Shown: piece by piece, positions 17,297-27,674 of the stretch
Numbering within the stretch: position 1 is the stretch's first letter
How the letters are laid out: every line of letters starts with the position of its first letter
NCBI GenBank assembly: GCA_903831095.1
Contig: CAIKWD010000029.1
Coordinates: forward strand, 1 to 41,940
Direction of reading: 5' to 3'
Source of the DNA: Candidatus Staskawiczbacteria bacterium
GTDB taxonomy: Bacteria > Patescibacteriota > Minisyncoccia > Minisyncoccales > Staskawiczbacteraceae
DNA: 41,940 nucleotides
The notes under the pieces: model-generated
Databases searched by the model: none
The model's input: the letters and a program-made list of their open reading frames with translations, nothing else
Told to the model about the DNA's origin: nothing
Position numbers and translations under genes: made by a program

Positions 17297-20200
17297 ATGA
17301 GTAAATCAATATTTGGGCAAACAAACAGTAAAAATAAGATAGTAATATTGTCAGTAACAATATTGTGTATTACTGTCGTTTCAGCTTTATTCATTCCCAA
17401 CAGCAAACCAGCTCTCTCTGTAGTTTTGCCAAGCGTATCAGCACCCGCACCAACTGTGTCTACAGATACTTTTGCAGATTTGTCTGCTCTTACTCCAGAT
17501 CAAATAGCTGAGCTTGCTCAGTTGAATGATAAAAAGATTACTAGGATAAAACAAAGTAAATCTGTTATTTCTTCTGGGCCAGTTGCTTCTTCTACACCTT
17601 CTGCATCTTCTTCCTCGACTTCTTCTGCACCAATTGCTTCAGATACCTCTGCTGTTTCTGCAGCTTCTGCTACACAAGATGGCATAAATTTGGACAATGC
17701 TTTGGCTAAATACAAAATACCAGCCAGTGTTCAGGCAAAGCTCGACGAAATCAACTCCAAGGATATCAAATGGAAAGCTAACTACAATAGTATTTTTGTA
17801 AAGTCAGATGAGTATAAAAAAAATATATCATCCGGATTAAAACCAAACACAAAAATTACAAATTTATTGCAAAAACAACCGCAGATAAAAGTACCGACAA
17901 AGATTCAAGCTAAAGTACAAAGTTCTAAGTCATCCAAGCTTTTAGCCGGAATTTTAGAATATTTGAGAATGCTAAACCCAGCAAAGCTTTTTGCCGGGTT
18001 ATTAGGATCTTCTCCGCTTTCAGCTGCTCCTGCAGTAGATAATTTTGGAGACACAGTTTTACCAGATTCATTTGATTGGCGAAACGTTGGAGGCAAAAAT
18101 TACATCACTTCTGTAAAAGACCAGAACCCTTGTGGAACTTGTTGGGCATTTGGAGCTATAGCAACTTTAGAAGGAAATATTAATGCATACTACAACGACA
18201 CTACAATTAATTCAGACCTATCAGAACAAGATTTAGTTAGTTGTTATTTACCTACTGCAGGTTGTCTTGGCGGGGGAACTGCGGATCAAATAGGCCAAAT
18301 TTTCAGCAATTATTCAGTAAACACCGGAGTAGTTAAAGAAACTTGCTTTCCTTATACAGAATCAACATCTAACGATACAAAATGTGTCTCAAAGTGTTCC
18401 ACATGGAATACCCAGGTTTGGAAAACAAACTCGTCATACAAAGTTGTTGTAGACCCAAATGCAACTACAAGCGATCCGATAGCAAATATTAATGCCATTA
18501 AGAATGCGATTGTAAATTACGGTCCTGTTGAAGTTGGATTTATTGTTTATTACGACTTCGATTCATACTCTAGCGGAATATATTCTCATACAACTGATGA
18601 TAGAAGAGGATATCACGCAGTTTCAATAGTGGGATACGGTGTTGAAGATGGTTTACCTTATTGGATAGTAAAAAACAGCTGGGGCTCTTCTTGGGGTGAC
18701 AATGGATATTTTAAAATAGCCATGGGTGATTCTATGATTGACCAATGGTTTGCCTTTGCTCCAGGAACTCCAAGCTATCCAACTGCTTATACAAAAAAAT
18801 GTACAGATACTGATAAGGACGGTTATTGTTATTGGGGGACGGGTTCAAAACCATCCACAGGGTGTCCTTTAACTTGTGCATCAGTTACAACTGAAGATTG
18901 TGATGATTCTATTTCTTCTATACACCAAGGATGCGGAGTTGCAGTTCAAAAAACAGGAATGCTCAATATAACTTCAACACCTTCTGGGGCTGATGTTTAT
19001 GTACAGGATGTTGTCAGTGGTAATTGGGTTTTAAGGGGTCAAACTCCGTTGCTTTTTAAAGCAAATATAGGAGTTAGAAATGTAAAAATTACTAAAGATG
19101 ATTATATAGAGAAAATTTTTAGTGCTAATGTTATTGAAGGGAATGAGTTGCCTTTTAATATTACGTTATTAGCTGGCCCTAAAATAACTAATCCCTTAAG
19201 CTTTGATATTTTAAGGGCGGGAGATGTTGTTGATATAATTGGCAATTCTGGAAGTATAGATAGTTCAACAAAATATGAAATCCAATGGTATAATATCGAA
19301 GATTATTTAAACTCGTCCAAAGGTATAACTTTATTAAATAGCGGCTTCTCTGTGATAAATAACGGAAAATTGGCAGAATGGGATACATCTTCTATAGTAG
19401 CGCCCGGGTTTTATTCATTTTATTTAAAATCTATAATTGGTGGGAAAAGTTATTTTTTCAATAGCGGAATAATATATATTGATCCTTCATTAGCAAAAGG
19501 TTGGCCACAAAGGATAGCTTATTCGGTTGATCCAGGGGGTGAATTTGGTACGAATGTAAAAAATACTATTCTAAGTAAAAACACTCCAGGTCCTTATTTT
19601 GCTGATTTAAATTTTTCTTCAACTGCTGGCAGTGGAATTATTTATAGTAAAGATACTCTAGAACCCGTTGTCTCGGATATAAATGGCGACGGTAAAAAAG
19701 AAATAGTGATTTATAAGGGTGGAATTCCGCCTGAAGTTAGTGTGTTTAATTCTGACGGACTTTTGTTGTGGAGTGCAAAAGTACCTAGTGATTATGTAAC
19801 TGTGGGAATTTCTGGAAAAAATCTTCGTATTCCACTTGTTGGAGATATCAATAATGACGGGAAAGATGAAATTGTCGTCTTTAATCCAAATTTTGATGGT
19901 TCAGGATTTATTGATCATTCAATTTTATATGCTTTGAACAGCAATGGTTCTATTCTGTGGAAAACTTATATATATAAAGATTATCATGCCTCTATTTTGA
20001 TGGCAGATTTGGATAATGACGGTAATAAAGAAATAATTGTTAAAGGAGATTATGCAGGCGGTTCTCCAGCAATGACAATAGTCAATGGTAATGGGAATAT
20101 AACATCGCAGTGGGATTTACCGACGCAAAATTGGGCGGGTGATTCTGGTTCTAGCCCTGCTGTTGGGCATTTTGACAATTCAAATAATCTGCAGATTGTA

Positions 20201-21919
20201 TATATATCTCCAAGTCCAAACAATGACGGATCGGATTCCAAAATAAATGAAACAGTAATGTACTTATTTAATAAAGATGGTTCTGTATTGCCTGGATGGC
20301 CAATTTATTTGTCAGCTGGACTTATTAGTTCTTCTCCGGTTGTCGGAGATATAAATAAGGATGGAAAAGATGAAATTGTTGTTGGTTTTACATATTTTGC
20401 TAGCGTATATCCTAATTATAATCTTGGAGGAGTCTATGTGATCGGAAGAGATGGAAAGCTTTTATCTGGATGGCCAGCTAGGCGGGGATTTAGTTACTTG
20501 TCTGCTCCTGCAATTGGAGACGTAAATGGAGATGGATATTTGGAAATTTTTGCTAGTCAAATGGATGATAAAATGTATTTACTTAAATATAATGGCACTG
20601 TAATGTCAGGTTGGCCAAAAGATACAGTTGATATCGATTTGAAAGGATCAATTATGGGAGATGTAAATGCTGATGGAAAATTAGATGTTTTGACAACTGC
20701 AGGAAATGGATTTTGGAATCCACTTGGTAATGGTGGAGTTTATGGTTGGAATATTAATGGGTCAACAATTGCTGGTTTTCCAAAAGTAACAGAATTAAAT
20801 GCTACGGCTTCAGCAACATTGAGTGACTTAGATAACGATGGAAAGACAGAGGTGATAGCAAGTTCTAATATTGATATAGATCAAGGTGGAGCATCTAAAA
20901 ATCGAGGCAGTATTTATGTTTGGAAAACTGATAAAATATACAATCAAGTAAATATGCCTTGGCCAATGTTTATGCATGATCCTCAACATACAGGGTGTTA
21001 TGATTGTAACAGAATGATAGGAATCTGCGGATCAGCCAATGGAGTAAGCGTTACCACAAAACCAGTTGCAAATTTATGTTCATTTGGTGCTGCCACAACT
21101 GTCGCAGGCACCGGACCTTGGACTTGGACTTGTACAGGATTAAACGGAGGAGTTGATGCTTCATGTTCAGCACTGAAAATGGTAAATGGCACTTGTGGTT
21201 CTGTTAACGGAACAGCCGTTACTGTCAAACCAACCACTAACCTTTGTTCAGCAGGCACTGCCACGGTTGTGGCAGGCACAGGCCCATGGACATGGAGTTG
21301 TACTGGGATAAACAGTGGTGCTACAGCCTTCTGTTCTGCCTTAAATTTGATTAATGGCGCTTGTGGTACAGCAGCAACTAGTTATGTTACAACTGCTACA
21401 GCTTATGCAGGAACAATTTGCAAATCAGGAACAGCAATTCCTACAGTTCCATATTTCCCAGGCCAAGGCGGTTCTTCAACCTGGACATGCAACGGAATCA
21501 ACGGAGGAACCAATATCAACTGTACAGCATCCAGAGCTTTCCCTGCATGCAACACAGTTACCATTAGTGGTAAAACATACAAGTTAAGCCCATGCAACCT
21601 TACTGCAACCATGGTTGATGGCCAAGGCGATAAAACCTTCACAACAACCATTGTAGCTACAGGATCATATGGATTCAGTGTTTATGGATATGGAAATGGT
21701 TTTCCAACCTACGGAATTTTAGGTGATTCTAGCGGAGGAGCTTATGGAAACCAGACTTTGAATTTTCACTTTAGTGATTCTATCCTAAATTCCGACGGAA
21801 TCTCTCCAAAAACATACAATGGGTACTTGCCAATACACATATACCAGGGAAGCGAGACTGGAACTGACAACAACTATCTGAATTTTAACATCAACCTTAC
21901 GGTCACTATGAGGCAGTAG
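17297..21919 (+). CDS. Large membrane-anchored surface protein: papain-like C1A peptidase, PEGA-like domain, FG-GAP propeller, Cys-rich repeats
   Basis: LPDSFDWR, QNPCGTCWAF, GYHAV, WIVKNSWG; ITSTPSGADVYV...G.TP; repeated DxNxDGKxEIV with GWP; three GxCG..C..WTC.G.NGG...C.A repeats. Confidence 0.92.
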   Translation: MSKSIFGQTNSKNKIVILSVTILCITVVSALFIPNSKPALSVVLPSVSAPAPTVSTDTFADLSALTPDQIAELAQLNDKKITRIKQSKSVISSGPVASSTPSASSSSTSSAPIASDTSAVSAASATQDGINLDNALAKYKIPASVQAKLDEINSKDIKWKANYNSIFVKSDEYKKNISSGLKPNTKITNLLQKQPQIKVPTKIQAKVQSSKSSKLLAGILEYLRMLNPAKLFAGLLGSSPLSAAPAVDNFGDTVLPDSFDWRNVGGKNYITSVKDQNPCGTCWAFGAIATLEGNINAYYNDTTINSDLSEQDLVSCYLPTAGCLGGGTADQIGQIFSNYSVNTGVVKETCFPYTESTSNDTKCVSKCSTWNTQVWKTNSSYKVVVDPNATTSDPIANINAIKNAIVNYGPVEVGFIVYYDFDSYSSGIYSHTTDDRRGYHAVSIVGYGVEDGLPYWIVKNSWGSSWGDNGYFKIAMGDSMIDQWFAFAPGTPSYPTAYTKKCTDTDKDGYCYWGTGSKPSTGCPLTCASVTTEDCDDSISSIHQGCGVAVQKTGMLNITSTPSGADVYVQDVVSGNWVLRGQTPLLFKANIGVRNVKITKDDYIEKIFSANVIEGNELPFNITLLAGPKITNPLSFDILRAGDVVDIIGNSGSIDSSTKYEIQWYNIEDYLNSSKGITLLNSGFSVINNGKLAEWDTSSIVAPGFYSFYLKSIIGGKSYFFNSGIIYIDPSLAKGWPQRIAYSVDPGGEFGTNVKNTILSKNTPGPYFADLNFSSTAGSGIIYSKDTLEPVVSDINGDGKKEIVIYKGGIPPEVSVFNSDGLLLWSAKVPSDYVTVGISGKNLRIPLVGDINNDGKDEIVVFNPNFDGSGFIDHSILYALNSNGSILWKTYIYKDYHASILMADLDNDGNKEIIVKGDYAGGSPAMTIVNGNGNITSQWDLPTQNWAGDSGSSPAVGHFDNSNNLQIVYISPSPNNDGSDSKINETVMYLFNKDGSVLPGWPIYLSAGLISSSPVVGDINKDGKDEIVVGFTYFASVYPNYNLGGVYVIGRDGKLLSGWPARRGFSYLSAPAIGDVNGDGYLEIFASQMDDKMYLLKYNGTVMSGWPKDTVDIDLKGSIMGDVNADGKLDVLTTAGNGFWNPLGNGGVYGWNINGSTIAGFPKVTELNATASATLSDLDNDGKTEVIASSNIDIDQGGASKNRGSIYVWKTDKIYNQVNMPWPMFMHDPQHTGCYDCNRMIGICGSANGVSVTTKPVANLCSFGAATTVAGTGPWTWTCTGLNGGVDASCSALKMVNGTCGSVNGTAVTVKPTTNLCSAGTATVVAGTGPWTWSCTGINSGATAFCSALNLINGACGTAATSYVTTATAYAGTICKSGTAIPTVPYFPGQGGSSTWTCNGINGGTNINCTASRAFPACNTVTISGKTYKLSPCNLTATMVDGQGDKTFTTTIVATGSYGFSVYGYGNGFPTYGILGDSSGGAYGNQTLNFHFSDSILNSDGISPKTYNGYLPIHIYQGSETGTDNNYLNFNINLTVTMRQ
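21020..21535 (+). repeat. Three intragenic Cys-rich repeats (~55 aa each)
   Basis: GICGSANG..NLCS.G..TVAGTGPWTWTCTG; GTCGSVNG..NLCSAG..VAGTGPWTWSCTG; a third diverged copy. Confidence 0.85.
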
Positions 21920-21942
21920 GATTTAATATGATAATAAGTAAA

Positions 21943-21978
21943 GCAAAAGCGGGCGGGGGCAACCTTGCCCGCTTTTGT
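21943..21978 (+). terminator. Strong intrinsic terminator
   Basis: GCAAAAGCGGGCGGGG-gcaa-CCTTGCCCGCTTTTGT. Confidence 0.85.
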
Positions 21979-22001
21979 TATGCCTGCCGATAGGCGGGTA
22001 C

Positions 22002-22030
22002 TTGCACATATATAAATAAAGTTGTATAAT
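22002..22030 (+). promoter_or_regulatory. Sigma70-type promoter of uvrA
   Basis: TTGCAC-17 bp-TATAAT. Confidence 0.65.
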
Positions 22031-22052
22031 GAAGCACTAAAAAGTTTGTATA

Positions 22053-22084
22053 TGTCCCCCTACGGGGGATGTCCCGTAGGGACA
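22053..22084. repeat. Tandem mini-hairpins with GTA/TAC triloops
   Basis: TCCCCC-tac-GGGGGA followed by TGTCCC-gta-GGGACA. Confidence 0.75.
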
Positions 22085-22099
22085 CAAAATGAAACTAAG

Positions 22100-24907
22100 A
22101 TGGATAATTTTATAAAAATACGAGGGGCAAGAGTTCATAATCTAAAAAACATAGATTTGGATTTGCCAAAAAACAAGCTGATTGTCATTACCGGACTTTC
22201 AGGTTCGGGAAAATCATCGCTGGCTTTTGATACACTTTATGCTGAAGGGCAACGCAGATATGTAGAATCTTTGTCAGCTTATGCTAGACAGTTTTTGGGA
22301 GTGATGGACAAACCCGATGTAGACAAAATTGAAGGAATTTCTCCGGCAATTTCCATTGACCAAAGAAAATCAACTCATAATCCAAGGTCCACAGTTGGAA
22401 CAATAACAGAAATTTATGATTATCTGCGTCTTTTGTATGCCAGAGTTGGAAAACCTCATTGCCCAAATTGTGGAAAATTAATTTCAAAACAATCAGTTGA
22501 CCAGATTGTCGACCAAGTTTTAAAAATTCCAAAGAATACTGAAATAACAATTTTAGGACCAGTTATCAGAAATAAAAAAGGCGAACATCATGGAGTATTA
22601 GAAGAAATAAACAGGGGAGGATTTGTCAGGGTAAGAATAGATGGAACAATTTTTCAGGTTGAGGAATCTTTGGACAAGCCAATGGATAAGCAAAAAAAGC
22701 ACGACATTGAAGTTGTTATAGACCGGCTAGTTTTGGACAAAGATTTAGACAGATCAAGGCTTGTAGATTCCTTGGAAACTGCTTTAAGACTTGGTAAAGG
22801 AATTGTAATTGTAAATAAAAAAACCAGTGAAAAGGTAAATGATCCAAAGGAAAACGACTTAATTTTTTCAGAGCATTTTGCTTGCGAGGAATGTGGAATT
22901 TCTTTGCCGGAGTTAGAACCGAGGTTGTTTTCATTTAACAATCCTTATGGAGCATGCCCAGAATGTACAGGACTTGGAGAAAAATTGGAAGTTGATCCAG
23001 AATTGGTTATTCCAAATAAACGCCTAACAATTGCCGAAGGAGCAATTTGGCCTTGGTCGCGAGCTTCACACAAAGTTGGTAGACAAGGGTATTATTATTC
23101 CATACTTTCTGATTTGGCATCTAAATATAAGTTTTCTTTAGATGAAGAAGTAGGAAAATTACCTCAAAAAGCTATTGATATTATTTTAAAAGGTGAAGGG
23201 CCAGGTGGATTTGAGGGCGTAATTGCAAATTTGGAAAGAAGATATCATGAAACAGATTCCGATTGGACAAGACAAGAAATAGAGCAATATATGGTAATTA
23301 AAGTTTGCCCTAAATGTCATGGTAAGAGATTAAAGGCAGAGGTTTTAGCTGTAACAGTTGGCGACTTGTCCATTGATAAGGTTGTGGACTTGTCTATTGA
23401 TAAAGTAAAAGATTTTTTTATAAAATTACCAGTAAAATTGTCCGCTGGAGAAACAAAAGTAAGTCAGCCAATTTTGAAAGAAATTGTAGAAAGAACTCAA
23501 TTTTTAAATGATGTTGGTTTAGCATATTTAACTTTGTCTAGAAAAGCCGGTACACTTGCTGGAGGAGAAGAACAAAGAATAAGATTAGCCACTCAAATTG
23601 GTTCAAAATTATCTGGAGTCTTATATATATTAGACGAACCATCAATTGGGTTACATGCTAGAGATCAGCACAAATTGATAGACACTTTGGTAAAATTAAA
23701 AGAGCTTGGGAACACAGTTGTTGTGGTAGAACACGACCCACAAACAATGCAGGCTGCAGATTGGATTGTAGATATTGGACCTGGTGCAGGAAAGCACGGA
23801 GGGAAAGTTGTTTTTCAGGGAACATACAAAGAAATATTAAAGTCTCATACTTTAACTGGTGACTATTTGTCTGGTAGAAAAAATGTTGGATTGGACAAAC
23901 CTAGAAAATTTAAAAAAGACAAAAATCAAAAGTATTTATCTATTCTAGGAGCAGAAGAACATAACTTGAAAAATGTAGATATTAAAATACCTTTGGAAAA
24001 ATTTGTTTGTGTAACTGGAGTTTCTGGGTCTGGAAAGTCTTCACTGGTAAATGATATTTTGGCAAAATCTTTGTTGAAAAAGTTTTACCGGGCAAAAGAC
24101 GAGCCGGGAAAGCACAAGGAAATTTTGGGAATTGAAAACATTAATAAGGTTGTTTTAGTAGACCAGTCGCCAATTGGCAGGACTCCAAGGTCAAACCCAG
24201 CCACATATACTGGAGCTTTTTCTCATATAAGAGATATTTTTACTAAAACAAAAGAAGCACGAGTACGTGGATATTCAGCTGGCAGATTCAGTTTCAATGT
24301 GAAAGGGGGAAGGTGTGAAGTTTGTGAGGGCCAAGGCCAGAAAAAAGTTGAAATGTATTTCCTGCCAGACATTTATGTAGAGTGCGAAGAGTGCCATGGC
24401 AAAAGATACAGCAAAGAAGTTTTGGAAATAACTTACAAAGACAAGAATATTGCCGAGGTTTTGGAAATGACAGTTGAAGATGCAATGGAATTTTTCAAAA
24501 ATATTCCCGGGCTTTATGAAAAAATGAAAACTTTAAAAGAAGTTGGGCTTTCTTATGTTGAGTTGGGTCAGGCAGCCACTTCTTTGTCTGGTGGAGAAGC
24601 GCAAAGGGTAAAACTTGCCACAGAACTTTCCAGAAAGGGCACAGGCAGGACTTTATATATTTTAGATGAACCAACAACAGGCCTTCATTTTGAAGATATT
24701 AAAAAACTGATTGCAGTTTTGGCGGGTTTGGTTGAAAAGAAAAATACTGTTTTGGTTATTGAGCACAATGTAGACTTGATAAAAAATGCCGACTGGCTGA
24801 TTGATTTAGGCCCTGAAGGCGGAGATGGTGGCGGACAGATTGTAGGAGAGGGAACTCCAGCTGACATTGCCAAAATTAAAAAATCTTACACCGGAAAGTA
24901 TTTATAA
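22100..24907 (+). CDS. uvrA: Excinuclease ABC subunit A
   Basis: [20 protein letters not shown], Zn fingers, second [25 protein letters not shown]; start 22100 preferred (in-frame ATG at 22052 also possible). Confidence 0.99.
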   Translation: MDNFIKIRGARVHNLKNIDLDLPKNKLIVITGLSGSGKSSLAFDTLYAEGQRRYVESLSAYARQFLGVMDKPDVDKIEGISPAISIDQRKSTHNPRSTVGTITEIYDYLRLLYARVGKPHCPNCGKLISKQSVDQIVDQVLKIPKNTEITILGPVIRNKKGEHHGVLEEINRGGFVRVRIDGTIFQVEESLDKPMDKQKKHDIEVVIDRLVLDKDLDRSRLVDSLETALRLGKGIVIVNKKTSEKVNDPKENDLIFSEHFACEECGISLPELEPRLFSFNNPYGACPECTGLGEKLEVDPELVIPNKRLTIAEGAIWPWSRASHKVGRQGYYYSILSDLASKYKFSLDEEVGKLPQKAIDIILKGEGPGGFEGVIANLERRYHETDSDWTRQEIEQYMVIKVCPKCHGKRLKAEVLAVTVGDLSIDKVVDLSIDKVKDFFIKLPVKLSAGETKVSQPILKEIVERTQFLNDVGLAYLTLSRKAGTLAGGEEQRIRLATQIGSKLSGVLYILDEPSIGLHARDQHKLIDTLVKLKELGNTVVVVEHDPQTMQAADWIVDIGPGAGKHGGKVVFQGTYKEILKSHTLTGDYLSGRKNVGLDKPRKFKKDKNQKYLSILGAEEHNLKNVDIKIPLEKFVCVTGVSGSGKSSLVNDILAKSLLKKFYRAKDEPGKHKEILGIENINKVVLVDQSPIGRTPRSNPATYTGAFSHIRDIFTKTKEARVRGYSAGRFSFNVKGGRCEVCEGQGQKKVEMYFLPDIYVECEECHGKRYSKEVLEITYKDKNIAEVLEMTVEDAMEFFKNIPGLYEKMKTLKEVGLSYVELGQAATSLSGGEAQRVKLATELSRKGTGRTLYILDEPTTGLHFEDIKKLIAVLAGLVEKKNTVLVIEHNVDLIKNADWLIDLGPEGGDGGGQIVGEGTPADIAKIKKSYTGKYL

Positions 24908-24941
24908 AAATATTTGGTTCTTTAACAATTAGGAGGTGTTT

Positions 24942-25175
24942 ATGAAAGTTGGTGGTCCGTATTTTAGTGGGCAAAAGCCTCATGTTTGTGGATGTTATAA
25001 CCCCGATATCACGGTTATTTTTGACGATCCTAAAACCATGAAAAGGCAACTTTTCTGCATCAATCACGGTTATGTGGAGGAAGAAACAAAAATAATTGTG
25101 GCTGTATATCCTGTTCCAAAACCTACTGATGAATGGCGTGAAAAAGAACGCAATCGCTTACGCTCTAGGGGCTAG
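24942..25175 (+). CDS. Small hypothetical protein with CGC...CxxH (possible Zn-binding)
   Basis: AGGAGG at 24931-24936 favours ATG 24942; terminator at 25184-25207. Confidence 0.7.
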   Translation: MKVGGPYFSGQKPHVCGCYNPDITVIFDDPKTMKRQLFCINHGYVEEETKIIVAVYPVPKPTDEWREKERNRLRSRG

Positions 25176-25183
25176 ACCATTAT

Positions 25184-25207
25184 GCGAGGATTTTATCCTC
25201 GTTTTTT
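25184..25207 (+). terminator. Intrinsic terminator
   Basis: GCGAGGAT-tt-t-ATCCTCGtttttt. Confidence 0.75.
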
Positions 25208-25305
25208 ATTGTGTATTATTTTGTTTGCAAAAAAAATGTTGTTGTTGTAGAATTTGTTAATTCGTAGTTTTTAAACTTTTAACGTTCGTTGAAAAAGGGG
25301 GGATT

Positions 25306-25590
25306 ATGAAAGATTTTGCTTTTACGGTCCATTATTTGGAGGTTGTTCATTTTAGGGCTCATTTCAATTCTCATGTGAGTGAGCCTCCCGCAATTATTGC
25401 AAAAATAAATGAGCTTATAAAAGCTGGAAGACATGATGAACTGTCAGAAGTTCTTATGCGGGAATTTCCGCAATATAAGAAAGTTCTTGAAGTCTTTTGT
25501 CTTTTGTTACAAAAACATAAGCCCAAAAGGGTCAGTGATTTGACTCACAAAAGTTGCATCGGCTATTATGTCGATATTGAATGCGAATAA
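25306..25590 (+). CDS. Hypothetical protein, 94 aa
   Basis: Own promoter TTGCAA-17-TAGAAT (25225-25253), G-rich SD, terminator GCTCTGC..GCAGAGC-T6 at 25599-25622. Confidence 0.7.
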   Translation: MKDFAFTVHYLEVVHFRAHFNSHVSEPPAIIAKINELIKAGRHDELSEVLMREFPQYKKVLEVFCLLLQKHKPKRVSDLTHKSCIGYYVDIECE

Positions 25591-25684
25591 ACAATTTTGC
25601 TCTGCACTTGCAGAGCTTTTTTATTATAAAAGGTAGTTAATCAATAAACTTGTATTAAGATAAATTTTTGTATATTATAGAAGT

Positions 25685-26215
25685 ATGGAATGTCCAAATG
25701 ATGGTGAACAATTAGAGAAGATTTTGTTTCATAATGTGGAAGCTGATTACTGCCACAGGTGTTTGGGTATTTGGTTTGGCAGAGATGAGCTTAGACTGGC
25801 AAAGGATAATAAAGATGAACAGTTGAACTGGGTTGATGTTGATTTGTGGAGAGACAAGGCAAAATTTCAGGTTTCAGAGGGAAATAAGAGGTGCCCGGTT
25901 TGCAGAGTTGGTTTGAGGGAAATTAAATATGACGGTTCAAAAACAAAAGTTGATTTTTGCAAAATGTGCAAAGGCATTTGGTTGGACAGGGGAGAGTTCA
26001 AGCAGATTATTAATTACTTAAAAAGCAAATCAGACTATCAACTCTTGCACGGTTATTCTAAAAATCTTTTGGTGCAGTTATGGGAAGTTTTTTCCGGGCC
26101 AGAAGGATTTCGCTCAGAACTTGCAGACTTTATAACTATTACCAAACTTTTTGCTTACAAGTTTGAGATTCAACATCCATTTTTAGAAACTTTAATTGAA
26201 AATTTACCTAAGTAG
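25685..26215 (+). CDS. Double zinc-ribbon (zf-TFIIB-like) protein
   Basis: CP.D...DYC..C.GIWF..DEL and CPVC...DFC..C.GIWLDRGE. Confidence 0.85.
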   Translation: MECPNDGEQLEKILFHNVEADYCHRCLGIWFGRDELRLAKDNKDEQLNWVDVDLWRDKAKFQVSEGNKRCPVCRVGLREIKYDGSKTKVDFCKMCKGIWLDRGEFKQIINYLKSKSDYQLLHGYSKNLLVQLWEVFSGPEGFRSELADFITITKLFAYKFEIQHPFLETLIENLPK

Positions 26216-26253
26216 TATAATAATTAATAATATTAATTTATTTAATAAATAAT

Positions 26254-26808
26254 ATGTCAATAACTTATATAATTTTAACAATAGTAGTACTTATAGCTTT
26301 GTGGGTAATAATGGCCTTCAACGGTTTGGTAATTTTAAAAAATAGGGCAAAGGAGGCTTGGGCAGATATCGATGTACAGCTCAAGAGGAGGTATGATTTA
26401 ATACCAAACCTAGTTAATACAGTAAAGGGATATGCAACGCATGAGCGCGAGTTATTTGAGAAGGTGACCCTTGCTAGAACAGCTGCTATGAGCGCTACAG
26501 GGCTCAAGGATAAGGGCGAAGCTGAAAACGCATTATCAGGCACCCTGAAAAGTTTGTTCGCTGTAGCTGAGAATTATCCTGATTTGAAGGCTTCTACAAA
26601 CTTTTTGGCTTTGCAAAACGAACTTACAGATACAGAAGATAAAATTCAGGCAGCTCGCAGATTCTACAATACCAATGTCAGAGACCTGAACATAAAAATA
26701 GAAAGTTTTCCAGCTAATATAATTGCAGGATCTTTTGGATTTAAGCAAATGGAATTATTTCAAACAGCAAACGACATAGAAAGAGAGCCAGTCGCAGTGA
26801 AATTTTAA
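26254..26808 (+). CDS. lemA: LemA family protein
   Basis: AWADIDVQLKRRYDLIPNLV.TVKGYA.HE, AENYPDLKA. Confidence 0.97.
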   Translation: MSITYIILTIVVLIALWVIMAFNGLVILKNRAKEAWADIDVQLKRRYDLIPNLVNTVKGYATHERELFEKVTLARTAAMSATGLKDKGEAENALSGTLKSLFAVAENYPDLKASTNFLALQNELTDTEDKIQAARRFYNTNVRDLNIKIESFPANIIAGSFGFKQMELFQTANDIEREPVAVKF

Positions 26809-26817
26809 ATCTAATCT

Positions 26818-27663
26818 ATGAGTGGATTAGATGATCTCCAAAAAATAGAAAGTACCGATATAATATCTGTCTGGTCAACTTTTGTTTCTTATATTAGAAG
26901 AAATTATATAATCTCTATTATTTTTCCAATTCTTTTACTTATATTGGCAGCTGAGTTGGCATATTTGACTAAAATTCCGCATTTTTTGATTTTTTGGGTG
27001 TTTATTATATTTGCTGGCTGCGCTTTTCTTTGGCAGAAATTATTGAGAGATTTTTTAAAACATTTTGCATCAGATATTAATTATAGTTATGAAGATTTTG
27101 GGGATATTTCCTCAGTTGACGGGACTATATTTGATTTTGGGCGTAATCAAAATATATCCAAAATTATATGTGGAAAATACTTTGGTAAAGATACGAGGTT
27201 GTTTATTTTTAGTACTGTCGTAGGCTCAGGAAAAAATAAGCACATTGAAAGATTTTCTATTTTGGAAATATCGTTCGATACGATGCTTCCAAACATTCTT
27301 CTAAACAACAACAAAACGTGGTTTAATTCCATGATACTGCCTATAGATAATGAGAAAAAACTCGCGCTTGAGGGTGATTTTCAGAAATATTTTGCATTAT
27401 ATGTAACAAAGGAATATGAACTTGAAGCTATGCAAATTTTTACTCCGGAAATTATGCAAATGTTTATAGATAAAGCTGACAAGATAAGCGTGGAAATGTA
27501 TAAAAGTAAGGTTTACTTGTATTACCCAAACGAAATAATAAAAAAGAGTCAATTAATATTAATTTATAGTTTGGCTAAAGAAATTATTTTAGAGTTGAGT
27601 GAAAAGTTTTTCTTGATGAAAGATGACGTTGAAGATATGATTAAATATGCTAAACTAACGTAG
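26818..27663 (+). CDS. Hypothetical 2-TM membrane protein
   Basis: 281-aa ORF between lemA and htpX; LEGDF.KYF.LY and A.QIFTP motifs. Confidence 0.8.
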   Translation: MSGLDDLQKIESTDIISVWSTFVSYIRRNYIISIIFPILLLILAAELAYLTKIPHFLIFWVFIIFAGCAFLWQKLLRDFLKHFASDINYSYEDFGDISSVDGTIFDFGRNQNISKIICGKYFGKDTRLFIFSTVVGSGKNKHIERFSILEISFDTMLPNILLNNNKTWFNSMILPIDNEKKLALEGDFQKYFALYVTKEYELEAMQIFTPEIMQMFIDKADKISVEMYKSKVYLYYPNEIIKKSQLILIYSLAKEIILELSEKFFLMKDDVEDMIKYAKLT

Positions 27664-27674
27664 TATATATTATT

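Noticed and set aside
21020-21919. Possible CRISPR array or DGR variable region
   Set aside because: Repeats are degenerate, in-frame protein repeats; no constant repeat-spacer pattern, template repeat or reverse transcriptase in the window
21990-22100. LexA/SOS box upstream of uvrA (also checked recA and uvrC)
   Set aside because: No CTGT-N8-ACAG or GAAC-N4-GTTC match recognised by eye
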